A DNA stretch of 25,274 bases from Ruminococcus sp. (GTDB lineage Bacteria > Bacillota > Clostridia > Oscillospirales > Ruminococcaceae). Below, in pieces: positions 1 through 11,177 of the stretch (position 1 is the first letter of the stretch; every line of letters starts with the position of its first letter). The notes below the pieces were generated by a model, which was given only the letters and a program-made list of their open reading frames with translations, did not search any database and was not told the origin of the DNA. Location of the stretch: the NCBI GenBank assembly GCA_045539715.1, contig JAZQFV010000063.1:1-25274 (forward strand), in the 5' to 3' direction. Made by a program: the position numbers and the translations under genes.

Positions 1-754
1 CGGAAAGTACCTATGACCTTATTTTTCATTTTAACCATACGCAGATCACGTTCAGCCTGATTATTCGTGAAAGGCACAAGGGGATTATTGGCAAAACGGC
101 ATACTTCCCCCTTGTGTGTCAAAAGACGGTCAATCAGGGCACGTATCTTACCCTTTTTCTTTTTGCCACGCTTCCTGGTTTGTTCGGAAATCGGGTTTTG
201 TTGGATCGCTTCTTCCAGAATGGCATCATATCTCTGTTGCAGACGATCCATATAAAACTTTCGTGAGTCGATTTCCGGGTTCTGATTATAAAAATCAGCG
301 GCACGCCACCGCAATTGCACTCCATAATCTCGTATTTTACAGTTTCTTTTTTTATAATGATGTCTACGGTATAACAAGTATCATGCAGCTTCAAATTGGC
401 ACAGTTTTCCCTGTGAGGACAATTCAAACAATGCTGCGGATAAACATGCTCTATCTTATCAGGCTTGCCAAGTGTCATATTATGACCTTTGTGTCCATTC
501 TGACCGCCTGCTTTTTTACCGCTCTTTTTACGCTGGCTTTTTGGAGATGGCTTTTCATAACCATCTGTAGATGGTGGCTTGCTGCTGTTATGGCTATTTT
601 TATGTAATTGCTCTTCAAGTTCAGCAATTCTTGCATTGGCTTTTTCAAGTTTTGCATTGGTTTCTTCTAATTTTGCTGTAAGATTTTCAATTGTTTTCTG
701 CTGTATCTTAATTATTTCAAGCAATTCGTCGATTGCTGCCATACTTTTCACCAC
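1..754 (-). mobile_element. IS66-family transposase remnant, internally deleted and frameshifted, running off the left edge
   Basis: The minus-strand ORF 754..134 opens with a coiled-coil N-terminus, an SSKPPSTDGY motif and a Cys-rich zinc-finger region (CLNCPH...ECNCGG), as in IS66 TnpC. A different minus frame over about 330..1 reads ...FYMDRLQQRYDAILEEA...RGKKKKGKIRALIDRLLTHKGEVCRFANNPLVPFTNNQAERDLRMVKMKNKVIGTFR, the conserved IS66 C-terminal signature. The N- and C-terminal parts are only about 750 nt apart, so the DDE core is absent. Confidence 0.75.
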
Positions 755-838
755 CTGTTTTTTCTTTAGTATAGCACATTTGAGGTCTATTGTAAATTGA
801 TAAATTCACGATTTTTTTCTTCCACCCTTTTCCTTTCA

Positions 839-1306
839 TTATTGTTGAATTCTCTGGGGGACTGAATAGTTACGAATTTTGTAAGTCTGAGTATTTACAT
901 CAAATGTTTCAATATTTGGAATACCGCTATCGTATATCCCACGTTCAATAAATGAAGGTTTTACAGAAAATAATCTTTCGTTCTTTAATGATGTATAAGC
1001 GTCATAAGACCCTTTGAAACACTTTTTAAAGCACTCGCAAAATGAAGTGTTTTACAAGGGATGTTCCAGTTCCTCACATACTCCTTCAATTTGTATATTA
1101 TCAATACACAATGCAACATTAGGGTTTGATAAAAGCTGACGATATTTTTTGAATGTCAAATCAGTTTGAAAATAAACACCCTCAATCTGAATAATGCTCA
1201 TCATTCTAGACGATACGATATCATTTTCTGAGGTTGAAAGTACCATTGTTCTTCCGTTTCCAAAATCAGAAAGAAAAGCCTGATATTTATCGTGAAATGT
1301 ATTCAT
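839..1306 (-). pseudogene. PNPOx-like (FMN-binding split-barrel) protein gene interrupted by an in-frame TAA at 1052-1054
   Basis: The 84-aa ORF (MNTFHDKYQAFL...IQIEGVCEELEHPL) stops at TAA 1052-1054. The same frame then continues for 70 more codons (NTSFCECFKKCFKGSYDAYTSLKNERLFSVKPSFIERG...) to TAA 839-841. The overall pattern resembles pyridoxamine-5'-phosphate-oxidase family proteins; this is recognised from memory, not searched. Confidence 0.45.
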
Positions 1307-1422
1307 AAGTTTCCTCCGAAGAAATCAATTTCTTGTTGTGTAAATTATACCACATCTCCGAAGAAAAAAATGCTCCGTTTACTGTTTTGCTACATATTAT
1401 AAATAGAAGGAGGTATCAGCTT

Positions 1423-1758
1423 ATGAACAGAAATAATGATAACAACGGGAAATGCAGAGAGTTTCCTGTAATTTTTCCGCCACAGCATCAGAACCGCCAT
1501 CCCGGATTTGAGTATGTTATGAATCCAAGACCTATGTTCGAATGTAATTATAACTGCCGCAAGCTGGAAAACAAGGTTGCCCTAATTACCGAAGGTTATA
1601 GCGGTATCGACAGAGCAGTAGCATATGATTTTGTCAAAGAAGGTGCGTCTGTAGCAATTGTTTATTAAGATGAAGATCGGGATGTGGAACATTTCGGCAA
1701 GTTCGACGTTCTGGTGAACAACCACGCAGTCCAGATGAAATACATGTCATCTATATGA
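1423..1758 (+). pseudogene. Short-chain dehydrogenase/reductase (YhxC/YghA-like) remnant
   Basis: RBS AGGAGG at 1408-1413 precedes ATG 1423. The sequence FPPQHQNRHPGFEYVMNPRP...KVALITEGYSGIDRAVAYDFVKEGASVAIVY matches the SDR N-terminus, but the Gly motif TGGDSGIGRA is corrupted to TEGYSGIDRA. There is an in-frame TAA at 1666-1668. The frame then continues as DEDRDVEHFGKFDVLVNNHAVQ (the NNAG-region motif) and ends at TGA 1756-1758. The gene is therefore truncated and internally deleted. Confidence 0.6.
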
Positions 1759-1903
1759 AGGTGAAAAATTTAAATTGTATAGATAAAATGGACAAAAGTA
1801 GGATGATTTTATTGTGATAGGTTACAAAAATCTAATTATGTGTGTATTATTAATAAAATATACACCAAATATAGAAATAAATGTGTTATAATTAATTTAT
1901 TAT

Positions 1904-1932
1904 TTGACAAGATGTATATTTTCTTTTATATA
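1904..1932 (+). promoter_or_regulatory. Candidate sigma70-type promoter upstream of the cas operon
   Basis: TTGACA (1904-1909), 17-nt spacer, TATATA (1927-1932). A second candidate is an extended -10, TGtTATAAT, at 1884-1892. Both lie in the AT-rich 400-nt region upstream of cas3. Confidence 0.35.
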
Positions 1933-2161
1933 GTGAGTACAATGAATATTGAGTTTTTGGCAATTAGATGTTACAATTATTTTTATTAATCCACCAATTA
2001 TAATTTGCCAAAAGATAAAAGCAGAAAAGAAATTTATCAATGAAGAAAAGAAAAGGATTGTTTTCTCATTTCAAGTTTTTCTGACACGCAGAAGTTTTTG
2101 GTGCTGAGGATTTGATGGCAAGGTTTAGTTTGGAAAGCTATATTATGATGAGGTGAAATAT

Positions 2162-4786
2162 ATGATAGAAAGAGTGTTAATAGCCAAAACAGGAAATATT
2201 TCAACAGAATGGCTGCCTTTATATATGCATCTGAAAGATACAGCTGAAATAACAAAAAAACTTACTGAGGAATTTTTGTCTGAGTCTTTTTATAAATCAT
2301 GTGATTTAAGCAGGGATGAATTTAAAAAAGTTACAACATTTCTTGCGTATGTCCATGATATTGGCAAAGCTACAATTGGATTCCAATATAAAATAGGTAA
2401 GCATCTTCCTGATAGAATTGAGATTCTTAAACATAATGGACTTTATATACCGTCCTACATGAACGATGAAAGCGTACAAAAAACGCCACATGCTCTTGCA
2501 GGAGAAGCAATTCTACTTTACTTTAATTGTCCTGATGATATTGCAGCAGTAGTTGGAGCACATCACGGAATACCAGCAGAAGGCGGAACGTTAAGAAATA
2601 ATGATCTCAATGATAAACCGCAGGAGATAGTGGGATATGAAAACTATTATGGGGATAATAATAGGGAGTTTCTAGAAAAAATATGGTGGTCATTCATTAA
2701 AGAGGCACTTAGCTATTCTGGATTTGAAAGTTTAGAAGAACTTCCTGAACTTAATTCAGCTGCACAGATGATTTTATGCGGATTAATTATAGCAGCCGAC
2801 TGGATTGCAAGTAATACCGAATATTTCCCGCTTATTGATATTGAAAATGAGGGAGAAAATATCCGTTATAATAAACGTATAGAAAGTGCTTGGGAAAATA
2901 TTGATTTTCCTGAAATGTGGAAGTCTATACGTGAAGAATATTCAGATGAAGATTTCAGAAGTTTATTTGGTTTTAATCCAAGCAATACGCAAAGAGAGAT
3001 TCTTAATATTGTTGAGAAATCTGAAAATGCAGGATTATATATACTTGAAGCACCAATGGGATGCGGAAAAACAGAAGCAGCGCTATCGTCAGCGGAGCTT
3101 CTGGCAGCAAAATTCGGGAAAAATGGTTTGTTTTTTGGAATGCCTACACAAGCAACAGCAAATGGAATATTTCCGAGAGTAAAGAATTGGGCTGAAAAAC
3201 AATCATTAGAATTTTTTCATTCAATTCAGTTGAAACATGGCAGTTCGGCACTTAATAAAGCTTTTATGAAGATACAGAAAGGGATTCCAAATGAAGAAAG
3301 CGACAGCGGCTTAATTATTCATAAGTGGTTTTGCGATAACAAAAAGGCCTGTCTTGCAGATTTTGTTGTTGCAACTGTTGATCAGATGCTTATGATGGCA
3401 TTAAAACGTCGTCATGTTATGTTGCTGCATCTTGGCCTATCTGAAAAGGTAGTAATTATTGATGAAGTACATGCTTATGATGCTTATATGAATCAGTATC
3501 TTGAAAGGGCACTGCAGTGGTTAGGTACATATCATACCCCTGTAATACTTCTTTCGGCAACGCTGCCTGCTAATCGTCGAATGTCGCTTATTCGTGCGTA
3601 TCTTGGTATAAAGAAGTCTGATATAAAATATGAAGAAAATAAAGCATATCCGCTTTTGACATGGACAGACGGAGGAAATATTTATCAGCAATCACTGTCT
3701 TATATTGGAAATCATAAAAGTGTAAAGATAAATCAGTGTCATAATGAAGATATATTCGATATGATAAAAAATGTTGTTAATTCAGGCGGTTGTGTTGGAA
3801 TAATTCTAAATACAGTTAATAAAGCTCAGATGGTAGCTGAGATGGTAAGAAATGAAATAACAGGCGATGTTTTGCTTTATCATGCTCAATATATAATGAC
3901 TGACAGAGCTGAAAAAGAGAGAGAACTACTTGAAAGAATAGGAAAAAGCAGCACAGCGAAAAAAAGAAATGGATTTGTTGTTGTTGGAACTCAGGTGTTA
4001 GAGCAATCTCTTGATATTGATTTTGACTTGCTTATTACTGATATATGTCCAATGGATCTGCTGTTACAACGATTAGGCAGACTGCATCGTCATGACCGTG
4101 ATTATCGTCCTATTGAAGCAAAAGAACCTGTTTGCTACGTTATTACTGATGAATATGAGGATAAAAAAAGCGGTTCAAGATCGATATACGGCGGTTGGTT
4201 ATTAAAAGAAACCCTTGAATTTCTTCCTGATAGTATTATGCTTCCTGATGATATTTCGCCTCTTGTGCAGAAAGTGTATAATGCGGCTGATAATAGTGAT
4301 GAGTACAGAAATTATATCAATGATATAAAAATACTACAAAGCAGGGCGAAATGTTATATTCTTAAAAATTCAAAATGCAGGGATATTCATGATATGCTTA
4401 GCAGAACGGTTAATGACAGTAATGCAGAAGCTTCTGTTCGTGATGGTGTATCATCAATTGAAGTGCTTGCAATGTTGAAAAAAAATGACGATACTATTTG
4501 TTTTATGGACGGTACGCCTTTGTCTGTAGAGCTTACAGATGAAGAATGTCAACGTATAGCAGAACAGCGATTAAGGCTTCCAAGCAAATTTTCGTATCAT
4601 TGGCGTATTGATAATATAATACGGGAAATAGAAGATAAATGCAGAAAGTATGTTGAAGCTTGGCAGAAATCATATTTGCTTTCAGGTCAGCTTGTGCTTT
4701 TCTTCGATGAAAATTATGAAGCAGAACTTGGAGGATATAAATTAAAATACAGCTATGAAAATGGCTTGGTATGTGAAAAGGAGTGA
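2162..4786 (+). CDS. cas3: Cas3 HD nuclease/SF2 helicase, type I-E
   Basis: The N-terminal HD domain shows HDIGKAT, HALAGE and GAHHG. Helicase motifs are I (APMGCGKTEAA), II (VIIDEVHAYD, DEVH box) and III (SATLP). RBS GAGGTG at 2150-2155 favours ATG 2162; the ORF track begins at GTG 2153. Confidence 0.93.
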   Translation: MIERVLIAKTGNISTEWLPLYMHLKDTAEITKKLTEEFLSESFYKSCDLSRDEFKKVTTFLAYVHDIGKATIGFQYKIGKHLPDRIEILKHNGLYIPSYMNDESVQKTPHALAGEAILLYFNCPDDIAAVVGAHHGIPAEGGTLRNNDLNDKPQEIVGYENYYGDNNREFLEKIWWSFIKEALSYSGFESLEELPELNSAAQMILCGLIIAADWIASNTEYFPLIDIENEGENIRYNKRIESAWENIDFPEMWKSIREEYSDEDFRSLFGFNPSNTQREILNIVEKSENAGLYILEAPMGCGKTEAALSSAELLAAKFGKNGLFFGMPTQATANGIFPRVKNWAEKQSLEFFHSIQLKHGSSALNKAFMKIQKGIPNEESDSGLIIHKWFCDNKKACLADFVVATVDQMLMMALKRRHVMLLHLGLSEKVVIIDEVHAYDAYMNQYLERALQWLGTYHTPVILLSATLPANRRMSLIRAYLGIKKSDIKYEENKAYPLLTWTDGGNIYQQSLSYIGNHKSVKINQCHNEDIFDMIKNVVNSGGCVGIILNTVNKAQMVAEMVRNEITGDVLLYHAQYIMTDRAEKERELLERIGKSSTAKKRNGFVVVGTQVLEQSLDIDFDLLITDICPMDLLLQRLGRLHRHDRDYRPIEAKEPVCYVITDEYEDKKSGSRSIYGGWLLKETLEFLPDSIMLPDDISPLVQKVYNAADNSDEYRNYINDIKILQSRAKCYILKNSKCRDIHDMLSRTVNDSNAEASVRDGVSSIEVLAMLKKNDDTICFMDGTPLSVELTDEECQRIAEQRLRLPSKFSYHWRIDNIIREIEDKCRKYVEAWQKSYLLSGQLVLFFDENYEAELGGYKLKYSYENGLVCEKE

Positions 4787-6408
4787 TGAAATTGAATGAA
4801 AGAGAGTTTAATCTTATTGATGAGCCTTGGATAAGAGTAATGGACGAAAGCTGTAAAGTTGTTGAAGTTTCGCTTTTGGACGCTATTATTAACGCTCATA
4901 AATATAAGAGCCTAAGCGGCGAATTGCCTACACAGGATGTTGCTGTAATGCGTTTAATTCTTGCTGTTATTCATACAGTTGTATCAAGATATGATGAATA
5001 TGGTGATGAAAATGATTTAGAAGATAGTGAAGATGATGCTCTTGATCGTTGGAAAGGTTTATGGGAGCAGGGATATTTCCCTGAAAATGCTGTAAGAGAG
5101 TATCTGGAGCAATGGCATGAAAGATTCTGGCTGTTTCATCCTGATAGACCGTTTGGACAAGTTGCAGGACTAACAAAAGGTACAAAAATTAACGCAATGA
5201 AATTGAATGGAGAAATAGCTCAAAGTAACAATAAAATACGTTTTTTCTCTTCATATTTTGGTGATGATAAAAATACATTAACATACGCACAGGCAGCAAG
5301 ATGGTTGCTATACATAAATTCCTATGACGATGTTGCACTAAAACCTGATAATGAGAATAAAGTTAAGGCTGGTGGAAAATTGCCTTCTGCAAAGCGTGGT
5401 TGGCTTGGTCAGTTAGGTTTAGTTTATTTGAATGGAAATAATCTATTTGAAACATTTATGCTAAATCTTGTTATTATATGTGATGATGTTGTTCAATGTG
5501 AGCAAAAGCCATTATGGGAGGCGGATAGTGTTTCAGATAGAGAACGAACAGAGATATTTGTACCTGAAAATTTAGCAGAATTATATACTGTTCAGTTCAG
5601 AAGAATTATATTGCAACGAATTGAAAATAAAGTTGTTAGCTGTCTTGACCTTGTAGGTGATTTTTTTGTTGAGGAAGCTATGGCGTTCAAAGAACCTATG
5701 ACTTTATGGAGAAAACGTGATAAAAAATCTGATATTATGATACCAAAAAAGCATGATTCATCAAAACAAATGTGGCGGGAGTTTTCAGCTATATTTGGAA
5801 AAGAGAATGAGAATTACAGTGCAAATGTTATTAAATGGTATAAGAATTATGTATATAGTAAATTTCTTCCAAAAAATTATATTATGAAAACTACTATTTT
5901 ATCATTAGTATATGATGAAAAGCAAGCTACCAGTTTGCCAGTAATAAACGTTTTTTCTGATTCTTTATCTATGCACTCAGAAATACTTTCAGATATTGGT
6001 GCAAATTGGAGAAGCGATATCGAAACCGAAATACAACATTGTGAAGATTTGGCAAAAGGAATGGGAATATATGCCCGGAATTTATATATAGCTTCCGGTG
6101 GTAGTGATAATGACACGGAGGATATCAGAAAAAATGCAAAATCACAGCTATACTACAGACTTGATATGCCGTTTCGTAAGTGGCTGATAAGTATTAATCC
6201 TGCCACTATGGGCGAAGATAAGAACAAAAAAATCAAGGAATGGCAGGACGAAGCAAGAAAAATTGCTGCTGATTATGCCGATGAGCTTATGGATAACACT
6301 GCTGAATGTGCAATTATTGGCCACAAGGTGAATGGTGAATTATATTCAGCACCAAAGGCGAGAAATATATTTATCGGTAATGTAAAGAAAATATACGAAG
6401 GGAAGTGA
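4783..6408 (+). CDS. cas8e: Cascade large subunit Cse1/CasA (Cas8e)
   Basis: 541 aa. The N-terminus FNLIDEPWIRV is the hallmark start of Cse1/CasA. The gene sits between cas3 and cse2 and its start overlaps the cas3 stop (GTGATG; ATG 4786 is equally possible). Confidence 0.88.
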   Translation: MMKLNEREFNLIDEPWIRVMDESCKVVEVSLLDAIINAHKYKSLSGELPTQDVAVMRLILAVIHTVVSRYDEYGDENDLEDSEDDALDRWKGLWEQGYFPENAVREYLEQWHERFWLFHPDRPFGQVAGLTKGTKINAMKLNGEIAQSNNKIRFFSSYFGDDKNTLTYAQAARWLLYINSYDDVALKPDNENKVKAGGKLPSAKRGWLGQLGLVYLNGNNLFETFMLNLVIICDDVVQCEQKPLWEADSVSDRERTEIFVPENLAELYTVQFRRIILQRIENKVVSCLDLVGDFFVEEAMAFKEPMTLWRKRDKKSDIMIPKKHDSSKQMWREFSAIFGKENENYSANVIKWYKNYVYSKFLPKNYIMKTTILSLVYDEKQATSLPVINVFSDSLSMHSEILSDIGANWRSDIETEIQHCEDLAKGMGIYARNLYIASGGSDNDTEDIRKNAKSQLYYRLDMPFRKWLISINPATMGEDKNKKIKEWQDEARKIAADYADELMDNTAECAIIGHKVNGELYSAPKARNIFIGNVKKIYEGK

Positions 6409-6974
6409 TAAAAATGAATGAATTACGTGAATATGTAGCAAGACAAATCGGACATCTTGAAAAAATCATAAACACATCAGGCGGAAGGGCAAGGCTTGCA
6501 AATCTCAGACGAGGTGTAGGTAAAGTTCCGGGAGAATTACCCGAATTGTGGGGAGAGTTTCTCAACGGAATACCTGAATGTTTATTGAGTAGGAACGGCG
6601 AGGTAACTCGAGGAGAATGGGCAATTTATCTTTCTCTTACGATGTATGCACTTCATCAGCAGGGCAATAGCGAAAGCGTAAATAAAGCAGGGGAGAGTCT
6701 TGGTAAAGCCGCATCACAGCTGATGAAAGATAATAGTGATGAGGAAAGAGAAAGAGTTTTAAGACGCTTTGGACCAATTATTACAGCCAAGGATATGCCT
6801 GAACTTGCACATCATCTCCGCTGCCTTATTCAGCTTATGAGTGCTAATAAAAAAATTAAGCTTGATTATGTGAAGCTTGCGGAGAATATATACAAATTCC
6901 AATCAGACGATTTACGTAAAAAAGTCCAGCTTAAATGGGGCCAGGATTTCTATTATGAAAAAGGAGAAGAATAA
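6405..6974 (+). CDS. cse2: Cascade small subunit Cse2/CasB
   Basis: 189-aa protein in the canonical I-E position between cas8e and cas7, overlapping the cas8e stop by 4 nt. ATG 6414 is an alternative start. Confidence 0.8.
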   Translation: MIKMNELREYVARQIGHLEKIINTSGGRARLANLRRGVGKVPGELPELWGEFLNGIPECLLSRNGEVTRGEWAIYLSLTMYALHQQGNSESVNKAGESLGKAASQLMKDNSDEERERVLRRFGPIITAKDMPELAHHLRCLIQLMSANKKIKLDYVKLAENIYKFQSDDLRKKVQLKWGQDFYYEKGEE

Positions 6975-6976
6975 TT

Positions 6977-8062
6977 ATGAGTTTATTTATTGATTTTCAC
7001 GTATTACAGACAGTACCGCCCAGCTGCGTCAACCGTGACGACACAGGAAGCCCTAAGACGGCAATATATGGTGGAGCAGTAAGAGCAAGAGTTTCATCGC
7101 AAGCTTGGAAACATGCGATGAGAGAGGAGTTTAAAAAGCTTTTTGCCGTTGAAGAACTTGGAAGCCGTACAAAATCAGTTGTAGAAATGGTGGAAAAGGA
7201 AATGTATGCAATTGACAGCTGTATTGATAAAGAAGATTGCCACAAGAAAGCGATCTCTGCTCTTGACTTGGCAGGAATAAAGGTAAAATCACCTAAAAAA
7301 GATGAAAATGAAAAAGCAGACGCTTTATTCTTTATGAGCAATATGCAGGCTAAGAAATTAGCTGAATATGCTCTTTCACTTGATTTCAAAGCTAAAGAGT
7401 CGAAGGAACTTTTCAGAAATGCTCTCAAGGATAATCCTTCCGTTGATATTGCATTATTCGGCAGAATGGCAGCAAGTGATTCCACACTTAATTATGATGC
7501 AGCGTCACAAGTGGCTCATGCTATTTCAACTCATTCCGTACAGAACGAATATGATTATTTTACTGCTGTTGATGATTTGCAGACTGAGGATAATGCAGGA
7601 GCAGGGCATCTTGGCACAGTTGAGTTCAATTCTTCTACCCTTTACAGATATGCAACTGTAAATGCAACAGAGCTTTGTGATACACTTGGTAAAGAAAATG
7701 TTGCTGAAACTGTCAAAAAATTCGGACAGGCGTTTATTCGTTCTATGCCTACAGGAAAGATTAATACCTTTGCTAACCGTACATTCCCCGATACTGTATA
7801 TATCACACTCCGCAGCGACCAGCCTGTAAATCTTTGCGGTGCATTTGAAAAGCCCGTCAAGAGAAGCGAAAACGGTTATGTTGAAGCTTCAAAAAAGGCT
7901 CTTGCAGATTATTCGTCTGATATTTATACTCGTTTTACTGCAAGACCTGATGTAGAATTAAGTATTGACAGCTGTTTCGGCGAATCTGTAGAAGTATATC
8001 CATTGAAAGAACTTCTTACAGAGCTTGAAAAAGCAGTAAGTGCTAAGCTTGACGAGGTATAA
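6977..8062 (+). CDS. cas7: Cascade backbone subunit Cas7e/CasC
   Basis: 361 aa. The N-terminus FIDFHVLQTVPPSCVNRDDTGSPKTAIYGGAVRARVSSQAWKHAMR fits the Cas7e signature (NRDD.G.PK...GG..R.R.SSQ). Confidence 0.9.
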   Translation: MSLFIDFHVLQTVPPSCVNRDDTGSPKTAIYGGAVRARVSSQAWKHAMREEFKKLFAVEELGSRTKSVVEMVEKEMYAIDSCIDKEDCHKKAISALDLAGIKVKSPKKDENEKADALFFMSNMQAKKLAEYALSLDFKAKESKELFRNALKDNPSVDIALFGRMAASDSTLNYDAASQVAHAISTHSVQNEYDYFTAVDDLQTEDNAGAGHLGTVEFNSSTLYRYATVNATELCDTLGKENVAETVKKFGQAFIRSMPTGKINTFANRTFPDTVYITLRSDQPVNLCGAFEKPVKRSENGYVEASKKALADYSSDIYTRFTARPDVELSIDSCFGESVEVYPLKELLTELEKAVSAKLDEV

Positions 8063-8064
8063 AA

Positions 8065-8739
8065 ATGGCTACGCTTTTACTGCGGCTTGCTGCTCCTTTG
8101 CAGGCGTGGGGCAGCAGTTCAAAATTCAATATACGTACTACTGAGCGTGAACCAACCAAAAGCGGTGTTATTGGAATGATAGCAGCGGCAATGGGAATAA
8201 AACGCTGTGATGATACAGGACTTGAAAGACTTGCAAAGCTTCGTTTTGGTGTAAGTGTTTGCAGAGAGGGAAAGCTTATAAAGGATTTTCATATGGTTCG
8301 TCAGATGAAGAATGATAAGCTCGATGACAGTCATCTGACCGAAAGATATTATCTTTCAGACGCTGTTTTTATAGCTGCATTGGAAACCGATGACACAGAA
8401 TTACTTCAGGAGATAGAAAAAGCTGTAAAAAATCCGGTATATCCCTTATTTCTTGGCAGACGTTCATGCCCTCCCACGTTGCCTGTATTTCTGGGAATTG
8501 AAGAATCTGAACTTGTTGATACGTTAAAAAATGCAAATAATTATGTGGATATAAACGAAGATTATTGCCGCATAGTTTATGAATCGTATACTGACGGAAG
8601 TATAGTTCAGGATGTTCCTGTGTCTTTCTCTCAACTTCACAGAAAACATAGTTATCGAAAAAAGAAAGAAGAAATATTCTATATGAAATCGGATAATGAA
8701 ACAGTAATAACAGAACATAACCCAATGGCAGAATTGTGA
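8065..8739 (+). CDS. cas5: Cas5e/CasD
   Basis: 224 aa. LLLRLAAPLQAWGSSSKFNIRTTEREPTKSGVIGMIAAAMG is the typical Cas5e N-terminus. The gene is in the canonical position. Confidence 0.9.
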   Translation: MATLLLRLAAPLQAWGSSSKFNIRTTEREPTKSGVIGMIAAAMGIKRCDDTGLERLAKLRFGVSVCREGKLIKDFHMVRQMKNDKLDDSHLTERYYLSDAVFIAALETDDTELLQEIEKAVKNPVYPLFLGRRSCPPTLPVFLGIEESELVDTLKNANNYVDINEDYCRIVYESYTDGSIVQDVPVSFSQLHRKHSYRKKKEEIFYMKSDNETVITEHNPMAEL

Positions 8740-8747
8740 GGTGCAGA

Positions 8748-11133
<2,386 letters not shown>

Positions 11134-11177
11134 GATTTTGTTGATGCCGTTTGGCTGTTTTTCGAGGATCTTTTAGT
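11134..11177 (+). promoter_or_regulatory. CRISPR leader; only 44 nt between the cas2 stop and repeat 1
   Basis: This is the intergenic segment gattttgttgatgccgtttggctgtttttcgaggatcttttagt. Array polarity is set by the I-E repeat orientation and by the degenerate repeat at the far end. I can find no convincing -35/-10 inside these 44 nt. Confidence 0.5.

Noticed and set aside
67-800. Plus-strand ORFs 67..255, 116..607 and 579..800, and minus-strand ORF 475..657, overlapping the IS66 remnant.
   Set aside because: They are antisense to, or out of frame with, a recognisable transposase signature. Their sequences are low-complexity with no RBS context or family motifs.
2150-2159. GAGGTGAAAT upstream of cas3 resembles the repeat 3' end GGGGTGATCC, suggesting a second repeat-like copy paired with the relic at 2076.
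   Set aside because: It is the Shine-Dalgarno region of cas3, and SD-like purine runs explain the similarity. Its spacing from the relic does not match the 61-nt unit.
2037-2491. Minus-strand ORFs 2037..2255 and 2306..2491 overlapping the cas3 start and N-terminus.
   Set aside because: They are antisense to a well-supported cas3 HD domain, and their composition is AT-rich and hydrophobic as expected for random antisense frames.
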